From NCBI GenBank assembly GCA_965203325.1, contig OZ241875.1, positions 1,600,001 to 1,664,000 on the forward strand: 64,000 nucleotides of DNA, read 5' to 3'. This document shows, in pieces, positions 20,955-30,538 of the stretch. Source of the stretch: a bacterium. GTDB taxonomy: Bacteria; UBA8248. Both the position numbers and the translations under genes were made by a program. Positions within the stretch are counted from its first letter, which is position 1. Every line of letters starts with the position of its first letter. The notes under the pieces are model-generated. The model had not been told where the DNA came from. It saw only the letters and a program-made list of their open reading frames with translations, and made no database searches.

Positions 20955-22808
20955 CTACGCGCTCGACTGCGCGGCCGATTCCCTGATTCGCTCGAAATAC
21001 GCCTTGGCGTCATCGGGCAGGGAGGTGAAGCGCATCACCAGTCGGTTCCCGTCCGCCTCCACGACTTTCGCATAGACATCCGAAACATCCGCATCTTCCG
21101 CCACGCGCAGCATGAGGTTCGCGTTCCTCTCGAAGGCGACCTCCGCCACCACGTCCAGGCAATTCTCCGAGATGCGTTCGATGGCGGCGGAAACCGCCTC
21201 GTCCGACACCGTCTTGCCCTCGAGGGCGGACATCCGCACGCCGGCCGGCGAGGCGAGGTCCACGAACACTTCGGGGGCGGCTTCGGGCATTTCGCACGCA
21301 TAGGGCCCCGACATGCCCCGCACCTCGTAGACGCGAACCGGCTCCTCCATCCCCTTGAAGCGCAAATCCTGTGTATCGCCCACCTGAACGAATTCCGCCA
21401 TCTTCTGGTAGGTATCCATGCTGATGAGCACCTGCCCGCTGACGGTGTAGGACTCGATGCGGTAGGCCATGTTGATGGCCGTGCCCATCGCGCCGTACTT
21501 GGTGCGTTTCTCCGAACCGATGTTGCCGACGATCACCTCGCCCGTGTTGATGGCGATTCCCATGTGAAGGTCGGGCATGCCGCGCGCGCGCTGCTCTTGG
21601 TTGATCTCGACGAGGGCGCGCTGCATCTCCACGGCGCAGGCCACCGCCCGGGCCGAGTCGTCAGGAGCGGCGAGCGGCGCTCCGAAGAACGCGAGAATGC
21701 CGTCTCCCTGGAACTCGTCCACCGTGCCCCGGTGCCTGGTGATGATGTCCACCATCGGTTCGAGGAAGCGGTTCACCACGTCGATGACCTCATTCGGCGT
21801 CAGGCGCGAGGAGAGCGCGGTGAACCCCCGCAGGTCCGAAACCAGGAAGGTCACCTCACGCACCTCGCCGCCGAGCTTGAGGCCGTCGGGCGAGTTCAGG
21901 AGTTCATCCACGATCTCCTTGCTGATGTAGCGGCCGAAGGTGTCGCGTATGAAATCACGCTGCTTCAAACCATCGATCATGCCCTCGAACGAGGTGGCCA
22001 GACGGCCCACCTCGTCGTGGCTCCTCTTGGCGGGCACCGTGACGTCGAGATTGCCCTGGCTCACCTCTTCCGCCGCGGACGTCAGGTTCCTGATCAGGCG
22101 CAGCATCCGCGAGGAGATGACCCAGAAGAGAATGAGGCCAAGAGCGACCAGGATGATTGTGAAGCGAAGCAGCTTGAAGGTGTTCGTCGCCACCTGCTCG
22201 GCCACAGGGTTCGCGACCTTGTTGAGCATCAGGATGGCCACCACCTTGCCGTTCAACTTGAGCGGCGTGTTGAGCTGTAAGAACTGATCGAACTCGCGGT
22301 CCCCCACCTCTCCGCCGAAGAGCCGGGAGCGCATCATCTCGCCTTTGTTCCAGGTGTCGTTCGTGGCCTTGTAGGTGGCGGGAAAGACCCGGTGGAGTTG
22401 GACGTCCTGGCCGATCTGGAACCCGTCGTGCGCGGCGGCGACGTATTCGTAGCTGCCGTTCGGCCGCCTGCGCATGATGATGGCGTTGTCCACACCCGAA
22501 ACACTCTTGATGCGCCGAAGCACGGCGAGCACTTCCCTGTACTCGGCGGTTTTCTTGTCCTCGGGAATTCTCAGGCTGTGGACGGCTTCTGCGTCTATTC
22601 GGGAGGCGCCGCGCTCGGCGAAGAACTCGAGCCTGGCCGAGAGCACGTTGAGCTCGTAGTTGTAGCTCGATTGGTAGTAGCGGTAGGACATCGGAACGAT
22701 GGCGACGATGAGAATAATCAGGACAAGAATGAGGCTCTTGAAGACGATGGAGCAGTAAAACCCCTGTCGGGCCGGGGTGCTCGGTTCAGAACTGCTGGAT
22801 TGGGACAT
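20955..22808 (-). CDS. Membrane class III adenylate/guanylate cyclase with HAMP domain
   Basis: Two TM segments, HAMP (DEVGRL), SDLRGFT, FQGDG, GNIGSEKR. Confidence 0.9.
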   Translation of the reverse strand: MSQSSSSEPSTPARQGFYCSIVFKSLILVLIILIVAIVPMSYRYYQSSYNYELNVLSARLEFFAERGASRIDAEAVHSLRIPEDKKTAEYREVLAVLRRIKSVSGVDNAIIMRRRPNGSYEYVAAAHDGFQIGQDVQLHRVFPATYKATNDTWNKGEMMRSRLFGGEVGDREFDQFLQLNTPLKLNGKVVAILMLNKVANPVAEQVATNTFKLLRFTIILVALGLILFWVISSRMLRLIRNLTSAAEEVSQGNLDVTVPAKRSHDEVGRLATSFEGMIDGLKQRDFIRDTFGRYISKEIVDELLNSPDGLKLGGEVREVTFLVSDLRGFTALSSRLTPNEVIDVVNRFLEPMVDIITRHRGTVDEFQGDGILAFFGAPLAAPDDSARAVACAVEMQRALVEINQEQRARGMPDLHMGIAINTGEVIVGNIGSEKRTKYGAMGTAINMAYRIESYTVSGQVLISMDTYQKMAEFVQVGDTQDLRFKGMEEPVRVYEVRGMSGPYACEMPEAAPEVFVDLASPAGVRMSALEGKTVSDEAVSAAIERISENCLDVVAEVAFERNANLMLRVAEDADVSDVYAKVVEADGNRLVMRFTSLPDDAKAYFERIRESAAQSSA

Positions 22809-22984
22809 ACTCACGCCTCCGGCGGCGGCTCCAGAGGCCAGTATACACCAGCGGAGCGCAGGGAAAAGCCGAAAACGAGGGGGATATGTATCCACCGCAG
22901 GGACAGGCCGCGACCTGTGGGGCAACCCCGAGGAGGGACTGCCACTACAAAAACCGCCTCTCACCGGTCGCCTCCTCGCCTTGA

Positions 22985-23180
22985 AAACCAACCCCCCCTA
23001 CCCCCCCTTGTCAGGGGGCAAGAAAAAGCAAAACCCCCTCAACCCGGCGAAGGCGCATCGCCTTTTTATACCCCCCTGACAAGGGGGGGTTGGTTTTATC
23101 CTCTGATAATGGGGGATGGGAGGTGAATTCCGACTGAGGAAGGAGGAATTCTTCCCAGCAAAGACCTTTCCAACAACCCC
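22985..23180. repeat. MITE-like repeat (CCCCCCTACCCCCCCTTGTCAGGGGG family)
   Basis: Inverted copies of the core; ends TTTCCAACAACCCC. Confidence 0.65.
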
Positions 23181-24190
23181 TACGCCGTGCGCTTTTTCCC
23201 CACGTAGTCGAGCAGGACGGCCAGAATGATGATGGCGCCCACGGCCAGCAGTTGCCAGTCGGCGGCGATGCCCAGCAGGTTCAGGCCGTTTCGGATGCAC
23301 GCGATGATGAGCGTGCCGATGACGGTGCCGATGACGCGCCCCTCGCCGCCCAGCAGCGAGGCGCCGCCGATGACGACCGCGGCGATGACGTCCATCAGGT
23401 CGAACATGCCCATGATGGCCTGGGCGGCCATGAGGCGCGAGGCCATCACCACGCCCGCGAGCGCGCCGCAGAAAGCGCTGAAGACGAGCACGAAAAGCTT
23501 GACGGCGAAGACGTTGACGCCGGCGACGCGGGCGGCCTCCTTGTTGCCGCCGACGGCGTAGATGTTCGTGCCCAAAACGGTGCGCGAGAGGATGAGGTGC
23601 GCCGCCAGAAAGACGACGCCCATGATGACGGCGGCCATGGGAAACGGACCCAGGTAGCCCTGGCCGATGACGCTGAACGCCTCGGGCAGGCCGAAGATGG
23701 ACTGCTCGCCCGTGAGGATGAGCGCGCCGCCGCGCGCGAGGCTGTCCATCGCCAGCGTGAGGATGAAGGCGGGGATCGCGAACCAGCCCACGAAGACCCC
23801 GCTCACGGCGCCCAGCGCGACACCCAGAAGCAGGGTGGCGAACACCGCGGGCACGATGGGCACGCCGTATTCCTTGAGCAGAAGCGCGACGACGACCGCG
23901 CCCATCGACTGGATGGAGGCCACCGACAGGTCGATCTCCGCGCAGATGATGACGAGCGTGAGGCCCGCCGCCATGATGCCGATGTTGGATGACTGGAGCA
24001 GGATGTTCATCATGTTCGAGACGGTGAAGAAGTTCTCCGCCGTGATCGAGAGAAAGACGATCAGCAAGATGAGCGCCAGGATAAGGCCGTATCTGGAAAA
24101 ACCCGACGCGATGAGAGAGGCGATGTCGTATCCCCCCCTCACTTCGGCGGCCGAGCCGCGCCCGGTATCGGTTTTTCCTTCGCCGCTCAT
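23180..24190 (-). CDS. Sugar ABC transporter permease (RbsC-like)
   Basis: IDLSV, YAVGGNKEAARVAGV, IAAVVIGGASLLGGEG. Confidence 0.92.
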   Translation of the reverse strand: MSGEGKTDTGRGSAAEVRGGYDIASLIASGFSRYGLILALILLIVFLSITAENFFTVSNMMNILLQSSNIGIMAAGLTLVIICAEIDLSVASIQSMGAVVVALLLKEYGVPIVPAVFATLLLGVALGAVSGVFVGWFAIPAFILTLAMDSLARGGALILTGEQSIFGLPEAFSVIGQGYLGPFPMAAVIMGVVFLAAHLILSRTVLGTNIYAVGGNKEAARVAGVNVFAVKLFVLVFSAFCGALAGVVMASRLMAAQAIMGMFDLMDVIAAVVIGGASLLGGEGRVIGTVIGTLIIACIRNGLNLLGIAADWQLLAVGAIIILAVLLDYVGKKRTA

Positions 24191-24215
24191 CGTCCCCTCC
24201 GTTACCGTGCGATTC

Positions 24216-25802
24216 TTACACCGCCGTGCCCGTCGCGTAGCGCATGATGGTCTCCGCGTCGGCGTCTTCTCTTAGAACCTCACCGGTGATGCAGCCCTCG
24301 TTCATCACGATGATCCGGTTGCAGATCGCCGTGACCTCGGGCAATTCCGAGGATATCACGATGATCGCCACGCCGAGCTGCGCGAGTTCCTCGAGGATGC
24401 GGTATATCTCCACCTTGGCGCCCGCGTCGACGCCCTTGGTCGGCTCATCCAGAATGACGACCCGCGCCCCGGTGGATATCCCCCGCGCGAGGAGCACCTT
24501 CTGCTGGTTTCCTCCGCTGAGCTGGGCGATCTGATCCGTGAGAGAAGCGACCTTGATGCTCAGCCGCTCCACGTAGTCGCGCGAGAGGCCGTCCGCACCC
24601 GAGCCGTTGACCCAGCCGAGCAGGCGCGTGAGCCTTCGCGAGCGGCTCTCCCGGCCGAAGTTGAACAGGGTAATCAGCAGGTTCTCCAGCACCGAGAGGA
24701 GCGGGAACACGCCCTGGTTCTTGCGGTCCTCGGTCAGGAAAGACAGCCCGTGGCGTATGGCGTCGCGGGGCTTGCGGATACTCACTGGCTCGCCGTCGAT
24801 GAGCACCTCGCCGGCATCGACCCTGTCGAGACCGAAGAGCGCGCGGAACAAGTCCGTGCGTCCCGCGCCGACCAATCCTGCAAAACCCAGGATATCACCC
24901 TGCCTGACGCGGAAACTCACGTCGCTGAAAACGCCTGCTGACGTGAAATTCCTGACTTCGAGAACCTCCTCACCGATCTCCCCCGAAATCCTGGGATAGC
25001 GTTCGCTGAATGTGCGCCCCGTCATCATGCGGATCAGTGTGTCGACCTCGGTGTTCTCGGCATCAATCGTCCCGACGTGGCGCCCGTCGCGCAGGACGGA
25101 AATGCGATCGCCGATAGCGAGGCAGTCCTCCAGCGTGTGGGAGACGTAGACGACCCCGATGCCGCGCGCCGTCAAGCGCTCGATGACCTCGAAGAGCGCT
25201 TCTTTCTCCCCGGGACCGAGGGACGAGGTGGGTTCGTCCATCAGGATGACCTTGGCGTCGAAAGCCACCGCCTTGGCGATCTCGAGAAACTGCATGTCCG
25301 ACAAACTCAGAGTCAATACCTGGGCGTTCGGGTCGACCTCGATTCCGAGCTCGGTGAATATCTCGCGGCAGCGCCGCTTCATCGCCGCCTCATCGCGCAC
25401 GCCCAGCCGCCCGAGCAGAAGGTTTTTGCTTCTCAAATCGCGGCCCAGGAAGAGGTTGCTCTTCACGTCCATCAGCCGCACGAGGCTCAGTTCCTGGTGG
25501 ATCACGCTGATGCCGAGTTCGCGCGTAAGCGCGGGGGAGCACCTCTCGATCACTTCTCCTTCGAACTCCATCTCGCCGGCGTCCTTTTCGACGACGCCCG
25601 AGATGATCTTGATCATGGTCGACTTGCCGGCCCCGTTCTCGCCCAGCAGCACGTGGACCTCGCCGGGGCGCACGCTGAAGTCCACCTCGTCCAAGGCCAC
25701 GACGCCCGGAAACCGCTTGCCGATACCGCGCATGTCGAGGATGAGGTGTTCATCCGCGGCGTCTGTGCGAGATTCGGTTGGATGGGAAGGGGATGACGTC
25801 AT
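24216..25802 (-). CDS. Sugar ABC transporter ATP-binding protein (RbsA-like)
   Basis: GENGAGKST, LSGGNQQK, DEPTKGVD. Confidence 0.92.
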   Translation of the reverse strand: MTSSPSHPTESRTDAADEHLILDMRGIGKRFPGVVALDEVDFSVRPGEVHVLLGENGAGKSTMIKIISGVVEKDAGEMEFEGEVIERCSPALTRELGISVIHQELSLVRLMDVKSNLFLGRDLRSKNLLLGRLGVRDEAAMKRRCREIFTELGIEVDPNAQVLTLSLSDMQFLEIAKAVAFDAKVILMDEPTSSLGPGEKEALFEVIERLTARGIGVVYVSHTLEDCLAIGDRISVLRDGRHVGTIDAENTEVDTLIRMMTGRTFSERYPRISGEIGEEVLEVRNFTSAGVFSDVSFRVRQGDILGFAGLVGAGRTDLFRALFGLDRVDAGEVLIDGEPVSIRKPRDAIRHGLSFLTEDRKNQGVFPLLSVLENLLITLFNFGRESRSRRLTRLLGWVNGSGADGLSRDYVERLSIKVASLTDQIAQLSGGNQQKVLLARGISTGARVVILDEPTKGVDAGAKVEIYRILEELAQLGVAIIVISSELPEVTAICNRIIVMNEGCITGEVLREDADAETIMRYATGTAV

Positions 25803-25840
25803 GGGCGAGTCTTCCAGTTGGAGGATCGGGCGGCGCAAAA

Positions 25841-26108
25841 GAGTCTGTTGAAAAGCCCCTGCAATGCCGGAATGATGGCCAAAACCCGAAACCGGGCGGC
25901 GGCGCAGGCTCTCACCTTAAAAACCAACCCCCCCTACCCCCCCTTGTCAGGGGGGTAAAAAAAAGAAAGCTCCCCTTGTCAGGGGGGCAAGAAAAAACAA
26001 AAGCCCCTCTACCGTTGGCGGGCGGCGCCTTTTCATACCCCCCTGACAAGGGGGGGTAGGGGGGGTTGCCTTTATCCCCTGAGGAGGAGACTTTTTCAAC
26101 AACTCCCC
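25841..26108. repeat. MITE-like repeat
   Basis: Starts CTGTTGAAAA, ends TTTTCAACAAC; internal inverted CCCCCCCTTGTCAGGGGGG cores. Confidence 0.65.
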
Positions 26109-26174
26109 AAGCGGCGCATACGCTCGCCACGTTCGCCACAGCCTTGAGCGCGAAAATCCTCCCCGCGTGGGCCG

Positions 26175-27380
26175 CTATATCTCCAGCGGCTCCTTGGGAA
26201 AGGAGGTAAAGGAGACGCCGCCGTCCTTCGTGACGTGCACCATGTCCTCGTTGCCGAACAGGTAGGTATTCTCGACGGCGATGCGCGGCTCGACGGCGAG
26301 TACCATGTTCTCCTCGAGGGGCAGCTTCTCGATCCCCATGTCGGGGCGCTCGTGGATGTCCCACCCCAGGCCGTGGCCCAGGAACCTGTCCCACAAATCG
26401 AACCCGGCATCGCGAGCCATCGCCTCGGCCGTGTCGACGAGCCTGCTCGCAACGACGCCCGGCTTCGCCTCCTCGATGACCGTCCGCTGAATATCGAGAA
26501 TCGTCTCATAGGCGCGCCGGTGTACCTCCGTCACCGGCCCCATGGCGCGCGTGCGCGAGGAGTCGACCGGATAGCCCTCGAAACGCATGCAGATGTCCCA
26601 GTGCACGACGTTGCCGCGCTCGACCGCCTTGGCCGGGCTGGGCATGTGCAAGAGCGCGCCCGCCACCGGATAGCCGCTGCAGATGAGGCTGGGCGAGCTG
26701 CTGCACGAATCCTCGTAAATCGGGTCGGCAGATCGCATCGCGTGCTCGGCGGCGCGGATGAGTTCGAGTTCGGTCGTGCCGACGCCCTCCTCACCCAGGA
26801 TGGCGGCGACGGTCTCATGCCCCAAATCCGCCACGCGGCCCGCCTTGCGCATCATCTCCAGATCGAAATCGCTCTTCACCATCCGGAGTTCCTCCACGAT
26901 GGTAGAGCGCACGATTTCGAGGTCGGGGAACGTCTCCCGCATCCCCGCGTAAAGAGGGGCGGGGAACTTGTCGAACGTCTCGACGCCGACGCGCTTCACG
27001 TCGCCCGCCTCACGGATGAGCTTCTCCAGATTCTCGACGGAGAGGCCGTCGCCCTTTTTCGCCGAAAACCCCTCCCCGGCCACGATGCGCGGTACGCACA
27101 CCTCCCTCGTCGGCATGAGGCCCGGATCGACCATGAGCGCGGGATCGTCGGTTTGCGTGATGAAGGCCGCGCCCCCGTCGACGATGGAGGTCTCCGTGGA
27201 CGTCAAGCTGATCCAGCCCGCCCGGTCGGGAAAGTAGTCGGTGAGGTAGCGCAGGCTGCCGGAGAGCTTGTTGTTGCCGTAGACGATCAAGGCGTCGTAT
27301 TCGCGCTCCGCCATCAATCGCCGGGTGTTCGCCAGCCGCCGGTCGATTTCGGCCTGGAGCACGTCGCGTGGAATGGGCAT
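26175..27380 (-). CDS. M24 (Xaa-Pro peptidase/creatinase) family protein
   Basis: LRYLT N-domain, DSSRT, GHGLG..IHERP, EP, ED. Confidence 0.88.
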   Translation of the reverse strand: MPIPRDVLQAEIDRRLANTRRLMAEREYDALIVYGNNKLSGSLRYLTDYFPDRAGWISLTSTETSIVDGGAAFITQTDDPALMVDPGLMPTREVCVPRIVAGEGFSAKKGDGLSVENLEKLIREAGDVKRVGVETFDKFPAPLYAGMRETFPDLEIVRSTIVEELRMVKSDFDLEMMRKAGRVADLGHETVAAILGEEGVGTTELELIRAAEHAMRSADPIYEDSCSSSPSLICSGYPVAGALLHMPSPAKAVERGNVVHWDICMRFEGYPVDSSRTRAMGPVTEVHRRAYETILDIQRTVIEEAKPGVVASRLVDTAEAMARDAGFDLWDRFLGHGLGWDIHERPDMGIEKLPLEENMVLAVEPRIAVENTYLFGNEDMVHVTKDGGVSFTSFPKEPLEI

Positions 27381-27462
27381 GTCCGTCCCCTCAGGCGAGG
27401 ACGCGCGGGGAGACGGGGAATAATAACCCCCGCCTCCGCCGCGCGGCGCCGCGTTTGAACTC

Positions 27463-28413
27463 TTACTTGATGCCGGCCTTGAGATTCTTTCCGACCGCCC
27501 GGAGCAGCCTCGTGTCTAGCGGAATCGTGCCGGTGTCGATCGTGTACTTGGATTTGTCGTCCTTATCCATCGCCACGTCGACGCCCGTGCGCACGAGCTG
27601 CTTGCCGACGGAGTCGCAGAAAGTCAGCACGGTCGCCAGCATGTTGCCGCGGTAGACTTCCTGCATCGCCTCCTCGACGCCGTTGAAGCCCGTGACGATG
27701 ATCTTGCCGAGCTTGCCGCGCGCCTTGACGGCCTGGAGCGCGCCCAGGGCCATGTCGTCGTTCACGGCGACGATGGCCGAGATGTCGGGATGCGCCGTCA
27801 GGATGTCTTCGGCTTTCTTGAGTCCCTGCGCGCGGTCCCAGTTGGCCGCCCAGACGCCGACCACCTTGATGCCCTTGTACTTGGCCAGCGTGTCCCTGGC
27901 GCCCCGCTTCCGCAGGATGCTGGACATGTTGCCCGGCACGCCTTCCATGAGCGCGACCTTGCCCTTGCCGCCCAGTTCCTCGGCGACGGCCTTGGCGACG
28001 GCGGACTGCCCGTAATACTGATCCGGCCCAACGAAGTGCCGCGCCACCTGCTTGGCCAAATCGTCGGAATGGATGAGCACGCGGATGCCGTTTTTCTGCA
28101 CCTTCTTGACCGTCTGCACCATGGCGTTCGGGTCGATGGCGCTGAAGGCGAGGACGTGCACGCGCTTCTGGATCAGGTCGTCGATCATCTTGGTGACGCC
28201 GATCAGGTCGGTGCCCAGGGCGCCGCTCAGAACGGTGAGCTTGACGTTGGGATGATTCTTGGCCTCCGCCTCGGCGGAATTCTTGAGACACGCGAAATAG
28301 GGGTTCCCCAGCGTCTCCACCACGATGCCGATCTTGATGTCCTTCGCGAACGCGGGCGTTGTGAACCCGGCGAACGCCACTGCCACGATAACGATGCCGA
28401 TCATGCGCTTCAT
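27463..28413 (-). CDS. Sugar ABC transporter substrate-binding protein
   Basis: Signal peptide, NPYF, ANWDR, NDDMALGA. Confidence 0.9.
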   Translation of the reverse strand: MKRMIGIVIVAVAFAGFTTPAFAKDIKIGIVVETLGNPYFACLKNSAEAEAKNHPNVKLTVLSGALGTDLIGVTKMIDDLIQKRVHVLAFSAIDPNAMVQTVKKVQKNGIRVLIHSDDLAKQVARHFVGPDQYYGQSAVAKAVAEELGGKGKVALMEGVPGNMSSILRKRGARDTLAKYKGIKVVGVWAANWDRAQGLKKAEDILTAHPDISAIVAVNDDMALGALQAVKARGKLGKIIVTGFNGVEEAMQEVYRGNMLATVLTFCDSVGKQLVRTGVDVAMDKDDKSKYTIDTGTIPLDTRLLRAVGKNLKAGIK

Positions 28414-28765
28414 AGACTTTCCTCCCCGGTTAGTTCTATGGCCCAGTGTGCAATCGTATTCTCTGAAATGTGGTGATTGGGCAATCATCACACACGGGCC
28501 AGCGTGGGTCAATAAGGGAGACCGGCGGGTCGTGTCTTGCTTCAAGAACAGGGACGGTACAATGGAGAGATGTTGAACCGGTGGGTTCCGGTCTCAGCCT
28601 CCGGTGCGCTTGATGAGAATCTTTTGCCCTTCGATACGCCGCTTCGCGGCTACTCAGGGTGAGGGGGTAGTCGGGCTACCCGGGATGCAGAAAACAGCCT
28701 TTTCATCCCTGCTCGACGTGAACCCCACAACCCCCCCCCTTGTCAGAGGGCTTTTTCGACAGCCC

Positions 28766-30511
28766 CTACTTCGGCGGAATGATCGGCAAGAGCAAGTGGG
28801 AGGGATGCTCGGGGCCAGTGTGGAGCGTCACGTCGCCGCCGAACACCTCAGGCGGCCTGTCGGCAGGGTCGTTGTGCCGGAACGGCCCCACGCCCGAGAA
28901 CACGGCGGGCATGTTCGGAAGCCCCTGGGTGACCCCGCCCGGGTAGACGTAATCACAACCGCGTACGCTGAGCGCCAGGCGGTAGCCCTTGGGCGCCACG
29001 ATGCAGGTCGGCCATATCTCGACGTCCAGTTCGTATATCTCCCCGGGCGTGAGCGGCTGCACCTCGTCGTGCGCGTGATAGGGCCGGTAGGGCAGCGTGA
29101 GCGATTCATCGAGCTTCCGGTGCGAGGCCCGGAGCCAGCCCTGGGCCACCGGGGTGTGGGGGTCGAGCGCGCCCTGGAAGGTGACTTCCCTGAAATCGGG
29201 CGTGAACAATCTCAATACCAGGAACAGGTCGGCGTCCTGGGTCTGAGACGACACCCACAGCTTGGACGCCAGGGGGCCCGTGATCTCGGTTTCGCGCTTC
29301 AAGGGAGGCGAGACGAACGTCACCCCGTCACCCAAACCAGCATAGGTGGCCGAACCCGCCTCGGCGGGCGCGGCCTCGCCGAGCTGGTGGCCTTCCGCGT
29401 GGAGATAGAGCTTCGTCCAGTTCGTGCGCGCGATGGGCCACTCATCCTCCGCGCGCTCCACGAACTTCTCGCCGGGGTGACGAATCTTGAGCAGCACCCT
29501 CGGCTGATCCTTCCAGCCGGTGTCTTCCCCCTTCAGGAAATGCCCAAAAAATTTCTTCTGGAGCGCCACGCCGTAATCGGTGTAAAACTCCGTCCAGTGC
29601 TCGATGCCGTGGCTCTCCAGCCATTTCTCCTCAGAAGCCGCTCGCATGAAGGCCTCGCAGTTCCCCCTCGGGTGAAGACCCTGCCCGCCCCAGTTGTTGG
29701 AAGACAGGAAAGGGACTTCGACCTGCGACCAATCCGGTGTTTTCGCCTTCCAGTATTCGTCATCGAGCGGGTGCGCGCGCATCTCCGCCCCCAGGCGGCA
29801 GCGGTTCGCGCCCAGTTCCTCCTCGCTCAGCGTGTCCGGCCCCGAGACCCAATCGCCCGTCACCCGGCTCTTGTAGCCGCGCTCACCGAGGCCGTGCTGT
29901 TTGGAGCGCCCCCTGTTCTGATACCAGTTCTCCGTGAAGGTGCAGTAGATGCCCCCGTGGTAGTTCATGTCGCGGTAGAAATCCGCCGCCCCCTCCCAGG
30001 CGCACATGGCGACCAGATGAGGCGGCTTCAGGCACGCGACCTGCCACTGGTTGATGGCGTAATAGGAGATGCCGTTGGCCCCCACCTTCCCGTTGCTCCA
30101 GGGCTGCGCCGCCGCCCACTCGATGCACTCGTAGAAATCGCGCGTCTCGCGATCCGAGAAGGGGTCCATATACCCCGGCGAGCGGCCCGCACCCCGCGAA
30201 TCCACGCGCACGCAGGCGTAGCCGTCCGGCACCCATTTCTCGGGGTCCACGACTTCCCAGTTCTGGTATTTGTTCGAAGAACCCAGGGCGACGTCGGGGT
30301 GCTGCTCCACCATGCGGCGCCACTGCTCGGGATAGCCGTCCTCGAAGTGGAGCCACTTCCCGTAGATGCCGTAGGTGATGATCACGGGATAGCGGCCCTC
30401 ATCAACAGGCCGGTAGACGTCGCAGCGCAGCACCAGGCCGTCGTCCATCTCGACCGGAACCTCCCAGTCGATCCGCATCCCGTCGGCAATTTCCGATTTA
30501 CGCCCTCTCAT
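28766..30511 (-). CDS. CocE/NonD family hydrolase
   Basis: GISYY nucleophile motif, DSRGAGRSPG, GWLRASHR. Confidence 0.9.
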   Translation of the reverse strand: MRGRKSEIADGMRIDWEVPVEMDDGLVLRCDVYRPVDEGRYPVIITYGIYGKWLHFEDGYPEQWRRMVEQHPDVALGSSNKYQNWEVVDPEKWVPDGYACVRVDSRGAGRSPGYMDPFSDRETRDFYECIEWAAAQPWSNGKVGANGISYYAINQWQVACLKPPHLVAMCAWEGAADFYRDMNYHGGIYCTFTENWYQNRGRSKQHGLGERGYKSRVTGDWVSGPDTLSEEELGANRCRLGAEMRAHPLDDEYWKAKTPDWSQVEVPFLSSNNWGGQGLHPRGNCEAFMRAASEEKWLESHGIEHWTEFYTDYGVALQKKFFGHFLKGEDTGWKDQPRVLLKIRHPGEKFVERAEDEWPIARTNWTKLYLHAEGHQLGEAAPAEAGSATYAGLGDGVTFVSPPLKRETEITGPLASKLWVSSQTQDADLFLVLRLFTPDFREVTFQGALDPHTPVAQGWLRASHRKLDESLTLPYRPYHAHDEVQPLTPGEIYELDVEIWPTCIVAPKGYRLALSVRGCDYVYPGGVTQGLPNMPAVFSGVGPFRHNDPADRPPEVFGGDVTLHTGPEHPSHLLLPIIPPK

Positions 30512-30538
30512 CTCACACCTCTCGTCTTTTATTTGGAA